Origin: Kudoa neothunni
Lineage: Eukaryota > Animalia > Cnidaria
Reading direction: 5' to 3'
Length of the DNA stretch: 64,000 nucleotides
NCBI GenBank assembly: GCA_964304625.1
Contig: OZ199838.1
Span: 398,148 to 462,147 of the forward strand
Both the position numbers and the translations under genes were made by a program. A model generated the notes under the pieces. That model was not told the origin of the DNA. It saw only the letters and a program-made list of their open reading frames with translations, and ran no database searches. Positions 51,850-64,000 of the stretch are shown piece by piece; the first letter of the stretch is position 1, and each line of letters begins with the position of its first letter.

Positions 51850-52817
51850 TATATATAGCCATTCGTTTTGACGATCGATCAACAAAAACACTAACAATTC
51901 AAGAGAATAGAAATAATTTCGAGACCACACAAGAAATATTTGATGTAATGAAATCGTTTTTTCAGCAAAATTACTAACCGGGTACTCACCTAACAGTTGA
52001 TGAGAGAATGATTTCATTTCGTGAACAATGTTCTTTCCGCGCATATTTGAATCAGAAGCCCGATCGGTTCGGAATGACTGTTAGCAACAATTATTCCTGG
52101 ATTAATTATCTCATAACAATTTTTTTGTCAATACTTTTTTAAATATCGATAATTTTACTTCTAATCAATTATTACAACCCAATAAATTTTCATAATTTTT
52201 TATGATGTGATATCTTAATGGATTAATAATTTACTAAGTTCATAATTGATTAATTTCCTATATCCGCACATTACCCAGTCTATTTTAACGATATTTTCAT
52301 ATGAACAACTTCATAATAAGATTTATACATTATTTTTATTTTTTCAAAATAGTCTTTTAGTTTGTTTTTAAGGAGTTAATTAATGAATAGAAGACAATCA
52401 CGCGCCAAAAACTGCTTATCGTTCATTTACAGGATTAACCGGAAATTACTCCGAAAGAGTGCTTTTCGAGTGTTTGGCCCGATTCTCATTTTTTAACAAT
52501 GCAAGGTTCTTTATTTCTTCGCTCTTTTCGTGTAATTTCAGAAACGTATTTCAATATGTTACGAGTCAATGGACAATGATTTCTTATACTTCGAACCCTG
52601 TACACATAGACTAAAAAATTAAAAGGATTCGTTCAATTTTTTTAAGAACTGAAAAATAATTCAGACGATTTAATTGATTATTATTAAATTATAAAGCATT
52701 TTAATTACTTAATTAGGCAGGTTTGAAAAAAATTTTGCTGAAATAAAAAAATGCTGGGGTCAAAACTGACCCCACATAGGAACATACACTATTTTGTCGA
52801 GCACTATTCCGTGAGGG
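51850..52817 (+). mobile_element. piggyBac remnant (right end)
   Basis: PGTHLTVDERMISFREQCSFRAYLNQKPDRFGM at ~51978-52075; GGGGTCAAAACTGACCCC palindrome; GAGGG|TTAA end. Confidence 0.85.
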
Positions 52818-52945
52818 TTAATAGGTGCAAATCTCCTAAACGTTTTGAAACTATTTCTGAGAAAAAAAAATAGAGAACAATATAAATACAATTTTTTCTC
52901 TTGTTCATTTAAATTTTGAATAAACATTAGGCACAAAAAGATTAA

Positions 52946-54336
52946 CCCTCACCGTACTGCGCGCGAAAAAATTACGCGTGTGTCGATGGGGTCTATTTGG
53001 GACCCCCTTTTAAATCAGCCTTAAACTCCTTCAATTATCACGAAACTAACACGATGTTATTTATAGACATTTATAAGTATAAAAAATAAAATCTAGCTCT
53101 CTCCGGTAGTTTAAAATGCAGATTTGAGACCAAGATGAACTTATTGTGTCCGACCAATATGATGAAATCAGCGCATATATTTCAGCGCCAATGATTTAGA
53201 AGGTGTCTAAACGAAATAAATGTCTAATTTAACCGACTAAATGCTATAAAAAATTAATAGATGATGATCAAGCACAGGGCCGACTAAGCGCCGTCCTATA
53301 GAAATTATCGGAATATTTCGGAAGTAGTAAATGTAGCGGCGCATGCAGTTTGCTCTGAGATTTCATAGAGAGCAGTGTTTGAAGAACTCGCATGGTTTTA
53401 ATTCCTTCAAAATTAAAATAAAAAAAATTATAAAGGTGCATTGCTTAGTAATGCATTTGCATTTTTAAATGCTACGTCCTCTTACGTTTTTACGAACTTT
53501 TTTTATTTATTTGCATATTTAAGAGTTAATATGATTAGATTAAAGAATTTTATTTGAGGAAACCTAAGTAGTTTGAATATTTTGGTATCCATACTTACAA
53601 AACTGCTGGAACACACGTCTAACGCTTTTATACGAATAATTCGTAACACACACGTCGATATCAATAATCAATAAACGCACAGTGCTTTAACTACTGTTAT
53701 ATACTCAATACAAATATTAATAGCCATTATTTCTGACTATTTTTGAAAATTATTGATATTTCCTGTTGCTTATTTTATTAAATTTGCAGTAGAACAATTG
53801 TTCGCCAAATACCTTGTACTCTATCAATTTATATTTCGTCGAATAAAAATTACCGAATCCCCAGATAATAAACAAAGATTCTAATAGTTATATTGCAAAT
53901 AATGAATCATGGATTAATTTATTGTTGGTAAACAGAGATTCTTTAGAGAAACAAGAGTCTACCAACCAAGAAGCGCGGTACGTATGAATTCTCGCTAATC
54001 TCCTATTAAGTCGAAGTATGTATAAACCTTACGTATATATGACTTAAAAATCAATTAAACAAAATTTATATATATAAATAAGTAAAATAGATTAATATGC
54101 ATATAATGGACCATTTTTCTTGAAATTCTATAGGAATAAATATGCGGATTATGAAATAAATATAATCTCTAAGGCATATTTTTTAAATTAGAAAAAGAAT
54201 TATGGTTTCTATACTTACTTTTTAACCTTATAAAGGCATTCCTGGAACAGTTAAGAAGTCAATAGTTCATTTTCAGAGTAACGCGAAAAATACTAAAATT
54301 GGGGTCCCTAATGGACCCCGCTTCGGACAGGTAGGG
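52946..54336. mobile_element. Non-autonomous piggyBac element in the 3' flank of paralog B
   Basis: TTAA|CCCTCACCGT ... CAGGTAGGG|TTAA with GGGGTC..GACCCC palindromes at both ends. The empty site is visible at ~9182 beside paralog A. Confidence 0.92.
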
Positions 54337-54509
54337 TTAATAAATAAGAATTAAGAAGTGATACGCATAATAAATGTTGTTAAGATTTTATATATTTTTA
54401 GAAAAAAATAAATATAAGTTCAATATGAAAAGATACTAAAAGTTATCTATTACAATAATTTTATAATAATATTGGTAACTGATGTAATGGATGATGAATA
54501 TATCAGTTT

Positions 54510-57500
54510 TTATAGATCGTAAGAAATTTCCTTAGAATTCTTTCTGTAAACAACTACACCTATCACAACCAAAAGTGAAATCACGATGGGTATCATTGCA
54601 TATAATCTAAGAAAGCTTATCTACAACAAATATGTATATTCTACTACATGTAACTTCCAACAGACCTATCTAATGTCAAACTTGAAAATATAAATGTAAA
54701 TTACGAATAACTATTCTTTGCAGCATCAAAATTGTGATTTTCTTTACTATCTACAATGTTTCTTTTTTATCAGATCATTAAATTAAAATAATTTTACTAA
54801 ATATAATCTTATAAATATGACATGAAAATTGTTGTTACCCTTTCTCAACCTTTTCTACTACTTTTTGAACGATATCATCTACAACAATGTTGGCATATTC
54901 ACTCCTTATGTTTTCTCCTTCTATAAATTTTTTATTCCATAAGTTTCATTTATTTAAGTTACTAAAAGTAGATTATTATAATTATATAATAGATAATTGG
55001 AATTCTATTACCTTTTTATTTTACCAATTCTTGAGTCTTCGCCAAATATATTATTAGAAAATAAGAATTATTTAATAATTTAAACAAAATATATTACATT
55101 GAATACTATATGGTCTATACAGTGAGTGATCTTTTGCTTTCAATTTCAATATATAATCCTTTTCTATCGATAAATTATTGATGTTAACGACACATTTATT
55201 GGCAGAGCATTCTTCATCATCATTACACCATGTAACAATTTTTCCCTCCTGGTTGTCTACGATTTTTTCCTGAATCATAAACGGACATCTTGAATTGTCA
55301 TCTTTTCCTGTGAAATCCACTTTAATTGTCAAGTCACTATCTCCATTCAACGAATGCTTAAGTGAAATACTACCATTTACTAAATAATATTAATAAAACA
55401 TAAGATTATTGATTATGAATACTTGTCTCAACAGAATACTCCTTTTGTTTTTTGCCATCAGATGGTTCGACGGTTACGTTGTAGGTCACTCCCAATTCTA
55501 GGTTGACAATTTTGAACGTAGCATCACATTTATTCTCACATGCTCCCATTCCCTCACACGTAGCCATATATTTTGGATCTGAGACAGCACTTTTTTTAAC
55601 ATAAATTCTACAGACCGGCAAATAATTATCATGTCCAAATGGTGTTATTATAGCAAGTGGAATTTTGGATATTTGGTTTCGAATCCTTTGCAGCTAAATC
55701 TCCTCCCTCAGCTAAATATATCGTTAAACATTAGTGTTTAAATATGCTTTTACTTGTTCGGAATGTTATTTTCTTTATATAATCAGAAATCCCAATGTTG
55801 GTTACTGTTACAGAAACTACATAACTTGTACCCCTCGCAAGCCCATTAATTGAATACGTCGCTGCACAATTAGTATTACATTCACCATTGCTATCACAAC
55901 GAGGTTTTGTTTCAGTCGAAAAAGTATTTACTTGGCGTATTTTAATTGTACATTCTACATTAGGTTGACCTGTATTCATATCCTTATACACGTTAAGTCC
56001 AGTAAGGGTGACTTCCGTGTCCTTAATATCGCTTATATTTATACCACTGTCATTTCCTAAAAGACATTATTTTTATTGTTGAATCCAATACTACTTTTAA
56101 AATATTGTTTGAATCCTTCGGTATCAAACCTTCGTTTAACAATTATTCCAATGTTCTCACTGCCTTCTGTCAAACTGATAATACCATCTTGACAAAGATG
56201 GAAACACTCTTTTTTCTCCTCAGTGCATCCATTCAGAACAGTACTTTGTTGAGTTGGGTCACTTCCATCTACCTTAAATACCTTGATGTGACAAATTTCG
56301 CCATTGTATGGACCAGGAGAGAATTTTATCTGAAGTCTTCTATTGTTATCCTCAATACCTGAAACAGAATAAATAATCTCAGATTTTAGTGGGGTCTCAG
56401 AATTCAAATAAGTATTATTCATGTAATAGAATATTCCAGGCCATAACAGCGTTGAACTGATATTATAATAACATATGTATCTATCAAATGAGAGCGAAAC
56501 AGTTTTAACGTTTGTAGTCTCGGAATAAGTTGATATATCAAATAAAGTCTTTTTTGTACCAATATGTGGATCATCCATCCCGTCATATTGTATATTCCAA
56601 TCAGTCATTGAGTTTGATTTGTAAGAGAAATTAACTTTGCCATCAGCATAAGATATTGCATAAGTGTTATCTTGTATGTTATCTATAAAAAATATCGTTG
56701 AAATTTATAATGTATAAATATTCTTTATTTTAATTACTCATTATTATTGGGAACACTTGCATCTTTTTACATCTTCTGGCTTCTGCGTCGTCTGCGCCGT
56801 AACAAACTGATATATATCGATCGACTTTTGAATTAATATATCCGACGTTAAGATCGCTTTTAGTGCATTCCACCAAACAATCATCCCCATCTCCTTCTGT
56901 GCAGAGTTGTGGCTTTATAAATTCAGTTCCTGCAAAATTAGCCATTTTTATCACACACTTTGCTGCGGAAAAATCTTTCAATGTAACGGAAAATTTCTCA
57001 ATATCTACATCCGAAGATTTATAAACTTTTGTTCGAGTTTTCCACGTCGAATAAAAGCTATAAATGTATGTCAATTTAAACCTCTGTGTAAATGTTACCT
57101 GGTATCGATAGCTTGAATGGTGACGATTTTTGATCTGCATAAATCATCAACCTGTAGTTATATTTGTTATCGTATATATCATCAAATTCAATTTGGACGC
57201 ATTTTTTGACATCATTACTATTATCACATCCAATACAAGACTTTATTATTCTCGTGGGTGAAGCTATTTGAAGATAATAAAAATAATATGACACTATTAC
57301 TTTCGTTTGTTTCATGTTTATATAACTGATAGTAACATTTTGTAGTGCTTGCGTCATTCATATTTCCTTTTGGTTGTATTATGAGCTTGTTCTTCTTGGT
57401 ATTAGTTGAAACTTCAAATTCAATTTGTTCACCAACTATTGATTAATTAATTAAATATGTAAATAATTCCCATTACTGGTTTTTTTGTTAAAAATTTGAG

Positions 57501-60500
57501 TGCCATACGTTCCACTAGGAACAATTTTCAATTCATACGTAGTATAGAAATTAAGCCCAATGATGTCGAACTGTGATTTGCACGATTTTACGCACAACAC
57601 ATTATCTGCACAAATTGCAGGATAATATAAATCACTTTTCTCTTTTATGTAGATGGTACAAATATTTTCTGGAGCCGCTAAATTTTGATTAATTGTGATT
57701 CCATTCGCGCTGGCAGAGATTGAATCCTCTCTAATTAAAAGTTGTTGGTTTTGAGCTGAAAATATGTTTAAAATAACTTTTAATCTGACTAAATACTTAT
57801 TTTGTGGAAAAAATATTTTCTTGGTGAGTAATTAGGTATACCCGTTATGGTCACCATAATATCATTATGTAAATAAGTTGGATCAGGCTCAATTTGAACC
57901 TTCCCAAAGCTACAATCGGGCGATGAACCACCTACATCTTTCCTCCCGTTTTCAGTAACTAGTGGAGCGTATGAGTTCCATAAGTTTATCGTGCATGCAA
58001 CAGGCGGAGGAGAAATTTCTCCACCATCTTCATTTTTATCTTTCCCCCTAATGTTTATTTGAATTTTATTTTCAACTGTTGTCGCAGGAACATCGTCACC
58101 ATGTTTCACTAAAATATTTTGTGTTATTTATTAAATATATCAAAGTCATACGTATGTGTATATTATTTTGATAACCGATAGTAGGTTTCATTCCTAGTTT
58201 TAGCACCCTTATTTTAACCGCCTTTACACTCGGCTGCACATTTCCAAATGTATAGTTGTTGCACAAACTGAAGAAACAATTTTCTTGATTATCACATCGA
58301 TTCGAAAAAAAACTGTTTGAATTTGCCGCTGTGGCGTCTATCCATTCGAATGTGCACATTTCAGACGGCTCTGGATTAGTAAGTTTAACTGTAAATGTAT
58401 CTTTTTGTTCAACATTATTTAATTCGTAATAAAATCTACTTAAAAAGGGAGCTTGATTTTTAACAAATGTATTGTCATAGAAATAATGGAAATCAAAATA
58501 TTCAGGGCAGCTTATATAATAATCTTTGACTAACTCATCAAATTGAATCGAATAACTTTCAACTTTGTTATGGGTGTCGCAAGATTGTGGTTGATTCACA
58601 ACAATTTGTTTTTTGGTATCCTTGAATGATTTGCATTTTAATGGGCATTTATTTAAACCCAATTTTATATTGTCGCCTTCTAATTTAGCTGTGTGGGTAA
58701 TTTCTTCGTAATGATCTTCAAAAAATGATTTAATTCATAAAAAAATTATTTAATACCTATATAGTATGAATAGACCTTTCCTTCATTAAAAGGGACGTTT
58801 TTTGTCGTTGGTATTATCGATTTTTCTTGTTCAAATGTTGAACGTGATGGTGTTTGATTTATTATCACCCCTGGGTCGCCGTTATTTCCTATAAGTGGTC
58901 CTTTCGTATTGCTGCTTCCTGAAGGCAGGACTTCGCCAAGTGATTGCAATCTTGCAATAATTTCTTTCTTAATACCCGATTTTTTGGCATCTGTGTCGGC
59001 AGTTTTACTGACTTGATAAGTGACAGAAATATAATTTGGTTTATTCGGACTATTAGGATCAATTTCGAATTCTGTTGAAAGGACGGTGCATTGTTTTGGC
59101 GTTTCCCCACCGATTCTGTCATCAGAATAACCCAAAAGGTCATCTTTAGATTTTTTGACTGTGCAATGCTTGTTGCTCTTACTAGTTAGTTCATTATTCT
59201 TGAATTTTACCTTGTACTTTCGTGCAGATTTATTGTAATATAATACCATATCCTGATTACCTTCATCGATACCACCTATAAATAAAAAGTTAATATTTCA
59301 ACAAAATAACAATTACATTCTATGTTTTTTTCTGTTGGGTTGGAATAACCAACATTTATAACAACTAGTTTATAGGTAACTTCGCAACTGAGAGAAGCCC
59401 ATGAGAAATCTATTGTGTTAGTTCCAGTCGCTATAATGGGATCACATGCGCTATTCAAACAATCCTTGATAATTTTTGTAGATTCTTGTTCCAGTAGAAC
59501 GTACGCCCAAGAATTTCCTAATGTTTGACCTGAAGCAGCAGCCACGGTAGCTTTAGTTTTCTTTTCCTCAACAACTTTTGAGGTGGTTATTTCTATCTCG
59601 ATTCCACCAGCTATTAAATTTCATTTTCATTAAACTTTACAAATAAATTACTTGATTCCCCAATGTTTTCAATACAGTTATATCCTTCCGGACAAACAGT
59701 TATTTTGTACGTTGTTTTAGGGTCAAGGTTTATAATATTGAATTCAATGTTACAAGCACCGGAACAAAATTCATTAGCTTGACCTTTTTTACATGTAGCA
59801 GGATACATCGATGTATTGCTTCCAGCAACTGAATAGTAGAGATCACATTTTGCCTGATTAACTCTTTCATCGGAGAATGAACTAGATAGATTTAGAGTTA
59901 GTGCATTTTGTTGATCAGAAGTGGGGGTTATGTTTAGTTCACCAGTTTTTATTACTTGTTCTCCTATATAAATTTAGGAATATAGAGTTAATATTTATCG
60001 TTACCTTTAGTTTTGAAATAGAAATAACGGTGGTAATAATTAACTCCAGGAGAATCTAATGTTGTAAGTCCTTTTATTTTAAGTTTTAAAATATATTCTG
60101 TTAGTGGCAGAAGAGAGCTCAAATTGATTGATTCAAATCGTTTGCAACCACCATCACACGTTACATCGTTCCAGTTATTTTTAATTCCCAGATTTTTCTC
60201 CATTATTTTAACTTCAAAAATATCTGCTCCATCTACAGCACTAGTCTCGCCTTCATTTCGATTTAAATTAGTTAACTCTACAGTTGCCACGTTCTTTCCA
60301 GTTACAGTAACAGTAGGTTGACCGGTAGCGACTATAAAATTGATAAGACATATTAGATAGATTAAAATTTACATGTTATAGTTTGAATAAACTCTTTTGA
60401 TGTTATCTTATCAAAGGGTTTAACGAGTACTTGGGCGAACTTAAAATCTGTCTCATGATATAAGGTAGCTTTGTAGCAAGGTTGAAGACATGGTCCAGCT

Positions 60501-61420
60501 CTCTTCATACCCGAACAATTAGAAGAAAAATGAGAGTCATTAATATCTTTTATTCCAAAATAACAAATTTGTGAAGGTTTCGGATTTTGGAGCGTAATTG
60601 TATAATACTTATTATTATCGTTGTTTTCTTTTGAACCAGTTGCAATAAACCAATCCTCATCAAGGTTTTTTGAACTCAATAAAATTTCTGGCGTTTTTTG
60701 ATCGACTTCAATCACATACGTAGGTTGATATGATTTAGAAGGTAGTGTAATAGATTTTGTTGAAAAAAAGGTTTCCGACGATCCGTGTCTCTGTCTTGAA
60801 GCAGAATTTTCTTTGTCTGTCAATTCGTTACTGTCTTTACTTTGAACTGAAACAGTGAACGTACTAATTGTTTTGGTTGCTGTCAGTAAACTCTTTATGT
60901 AAAGATCTATTTTATTATATTAAAATATGGTCAAATATATTTCCATACCTTTTATGGCAAAAACTTTCTTGATTGGGCATTTTTTTACATCATTACCATC
61001 CTTACCTTGACACCATTTTATAAATTTAATGGTTTTAAACTCTGCACCACTAAGATTTAGTTCGACTTTTTTACATTCGTAAGTACACATCTTTAAATTT
61101 GTATCCAATTTCGCATCATTTTGAACATTTGTGCAATTAGGGACAGTGTCAATTTTCGCCCCATTATGGTCATAGTATACGAGAGCGCAATGTTTGAAGC
61201 TATTCTCAATATTGTACCCAGAAAGTGAAATAATATATTTCTTAAAAGTGTGCGAAAAATTCACTTTCATTATATTATTATCAATATTATCAGAGATCAC
61301 ATTTTTCAAACATAACACTAATAAAGATTAATCTATATAATCTCAATGAAAATTACAAGTTAAAATGACGAGATATATTGTAGAAGCATATCGTTGTCTC
61401 AAAGACAATCTCATCATCAT
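54510..61420 (-). CDS. Large multi-exon type I membrane protein with Cys-rich FN3-like repeats, paralog B (~2,000 aa)
   Basis: ATG at 61420 gives MMMRLSLRQRYASTIYLVILTL|LCLKNVISD. Colinear exon by exon with paralog A; TM and RKNSKEISYDL* tail with TAA at 54510-54512. One +1 frameshift was seen at 55655. Confidence 0.87.
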
Positions 61421-62167
61421 CGTTAGCTTACTAGTTGTGAATTAACAAAAAATGTTTTGGTTAAATTTGTATCAATATGAATAGAGGAATTCATTTTGCT
61501 AATTATTCGTACGTCCAATTCAATTAAAAAATTACCAAACTCGATCTTACGAAAAGATAATAGCTATTCAAATGTAACAAAATTTTATGTGAATAGACAA
61601 TTATCTTTTCGATTATTATTGATTGTTTCTAATGCCTAAACTATCACGTTCTTCATTCATTCAAACGATTTTTATATAATAAATATGAAATATTATTTTA
61701 ATATTATAAAACGTACATAAATTTTAAAAATTCCATGCAACTGATTTACGATTAGTCAATAAGCATAATGAAAACAAGTTGTCAATTGTAAGATTGAAAA
61801 AATTTAGGCTGAGATTATTTACACGATAAAATTTAATCCTAAATGGCATTTACGCCTGCTCAGTGGAAATTTTAATTCCAACAGGTCTTACTCGCAAGCC
61901 ATATACAGATTTAATTAAATATAGTCGAAGCTAGTAACATCTGAATAGTATTTACCGTGCCAATAGTAACTTCCTTTACTCCAGGACAATCGATAATAGT
62001 ATTTTTAGGTATCATACAGTAAGAAAAATTTTTCAGTGTTAAATTACAACTTTATTTATACTATTCAATAATGTCTAGTTTTTAAAAAATATAAAATATT
62101 CGTGTTTTCTAAAATATTAATTTAACCCTCTGTTGAGAACAATTAATAACATTTATAATCATGTCTA

Positions 62168-62810
62168 TCCTCCTCCTAATATATAAAGTAGTAGTGTCCG
62201 TGTGTGTGTACGCACAAATCTTCTGCTTATACAGAAAATTTTTGAACTATTTGAGTTTCTTAGTATACTTTAAAAAATACAAAATTAACTACAAAAATAT
62301 AACGGGATAGTCTACTTTCTTATAAAGTGGTGGATGTGTGGTGTCAACTTTTTGTAAACAGATTAGCACAGATGATAATGAGATTACCACAGCAAGTGAT
62401 TTGCTAATTTTTTAAGTGATGTGCATATATAACTTTAATTTATATTATTTAAACACAATTTTAACTTTAACTTTATTTATTTTACACTTTAAACTAAGTT
62501 AACAAATTTTACAATATTCGTTCATGCGTCGGTGGTGAAATTGTCGTTAACGAAGATTTGTTATTTAAAAAGGAGATTAATAAGCCATACGAGTTGCACG
62601 AAACTGTGATTCCTAAATTAAAATAAAGTCCAATAAAGAAAAAAATGAAGATGATCGGGTTATTAATGTCAATTTCGTTCGAATTTGTCATCAAAAAGAC
62701 GATAAAATCATTATAATTGATTCTTAACATAAAATGACCTTGGCCTATTCAAGGCTTAAGTCGACGTGATCGGGCAAGGAAACCCAAGCGAAACAGGGTT
62801 TTTGTGCTAG
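62168..62810 (+). mobile_element. Non-autonomous Helitron
   Basis: 5' A|TCC..CTAATATATAAAG..CCGTGTGTGTG; 3' AAACCC..GCGAAAC..GGGTTT hairpin followed by CTAG|T. Confidence 0.75.
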
Positions 62811-62812
62811 TA

Positions 62813-63100
62813 TCTACTAGATATAGAAAGCTGAAGTTTCCGTGTGTGTATAAGCAAGTACGCATGTGCGTCAAAATTTTTTCGGTAATGGGGGAGTGTG
62901 TAGCCCCTAAAAATCACTATCTTTCGCATGTTCCTTCTTTCTAATTTTTCACAATTGTTTATAATAAAATAATACCGATTGCATAGATTCGGCTCAAAAT
63001 AACAACTTATAAACTCTAACAATTCTTAACCCGAACACTGTCGGATGCACGTGCAATCTCCATCCTGTGACAATAATCATTGAATTTTCTCTTATTTTCG
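62813..63100 (+). mobile_element. Second Helitron 5' end, head-to-tail with the previous one
   Basis: A|TCTACTAGATATAGAAAG..CCGTGTGTGT; the body matches the repeats at 29700 and 30950. Confidence 0.65.
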
Positions 63101-63184
63101 AATTATCCATTACTTTCATGATTTATTATTGAACATAATAATTTAATTTCTTTATTTGAACAATATATAAACTTTGCTAATAAA

Positions 63185-63484
63185 GTAACGGGTTAGCTTA
63201 GCACGTGTTATGGAAATGGATACGTTAAGTTTTCTAGGAGATGACGATTTTTCATTGATTAATGATCCCATGAAATTATTTAATGCATTGTTACATAAAG
63301 GTTATCTTCGTTCTCATCCTCATAGGTGCTCTAAATGTTATAATTTTAAATGTTTTTCATTAACAAATCGAAAATCAAATGTCAGAAGGCCTATGTCAAA
63401 AATGACATCGTACAAACGGAATGATTATGATTTTATGCTTTGCTATTTTTGTAAAAAGTAATAACGTTGTCTCTAAAAACCACC
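63185..63484 (+). mobile_element. Merlin 5' part (Zn-ribbon N-terminus), interrupted by piggyBac
   Basis: ORF 63210-63461 (FSLINDPMKLFNALLHKGYL..RCSKC..KMTSYKRN) aligns with 44436-44680 (FVLVNDYVVLFKFLMDHKLI..RCRDC..EMTLNKRN). Confidence 0.7.
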
Positions 63485-63488
63485 TTAA

Positions 63489-64000
63489 CCCTTCGTCGTA
63501 CGCAAATAACTTTACGAGGTTACACGCATGGGGTCCATTGAACCACATCAAAAAGAAACTGTTATTTAATATTAATAAATAAAGAAATCAATTATTTTTT
63601 AAACAGTTATTGCAAATGATATTTAAATGTATTTTAAAGACAAATTTTGAGCATTTCTGACAACTTGTTCTTGTTTTTTTATCATGTAGACGGGTGCATA
63701 AATAACAACTTCATTTGTTAACGAGCTAGCTTTTTGGATTTCTACTAATTTTAAGTTTAAAAAAATTATCAATGTATTAACCTTTTTTATTCAACTCAGG
63801 CTCTATTAATTGCATACTCAACGACTTTAAAAACTGCTTCCGACGAATAATTTTATCGGTCTTCATGCAATATATAACGTATGCATTTATTGCTACAATA
63901 TCTAGAAGTGTATGAAATATGACAACAGGCCATCTTCTTGTAATTCGATAAGTAGAGTAGTTCCCGCACATTTGTTCTATTGTATCAACTCCACCTTTTG
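63489..64000 (-). mobile_element. piggyBac 3' end (runs off the window)
   Basis: TTAA|CCCTTCGTCGTAC terminus; KGGVDTIEQMCGNYS..TRRWPVVIF..INAYVIY and a Cys-rich tail. Confidence 0.9.

Overview
Very AT-rich eukaryotic genomic DNA with tiny GT-AG introns (about 24-60 nt). It is most consistent with a compact-genomed animal parasite such as a myxozoan, but that assignment is inference only. Most of the window is decayed and nested transposable elements: Gypsy integrase, 3 MULE, 3 Merlin, several hAT, 2 Tc1/IS630-like, several piggyBac, a pogo-type MITE, Helitrons and a tRNA-derived SINE. Three multi-exon host genes lie among them, which the ORF track only shows as fragments. Two are paralogous ~2,000-aa type I membrane proteins (9390-16285 and 54510-61420, minus strand) built from unusual Cys-decorated FN3-like repeats, with patchily hypervariable ectodomains and a nearly invariant TM/tail. 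The third is a secreted five-domain Kunitz protein (32911-36486, minus) in which only one domain is canonical and one intron holds a three-deep nest of MITEs. All gene models were reconstructed by hand without tools.
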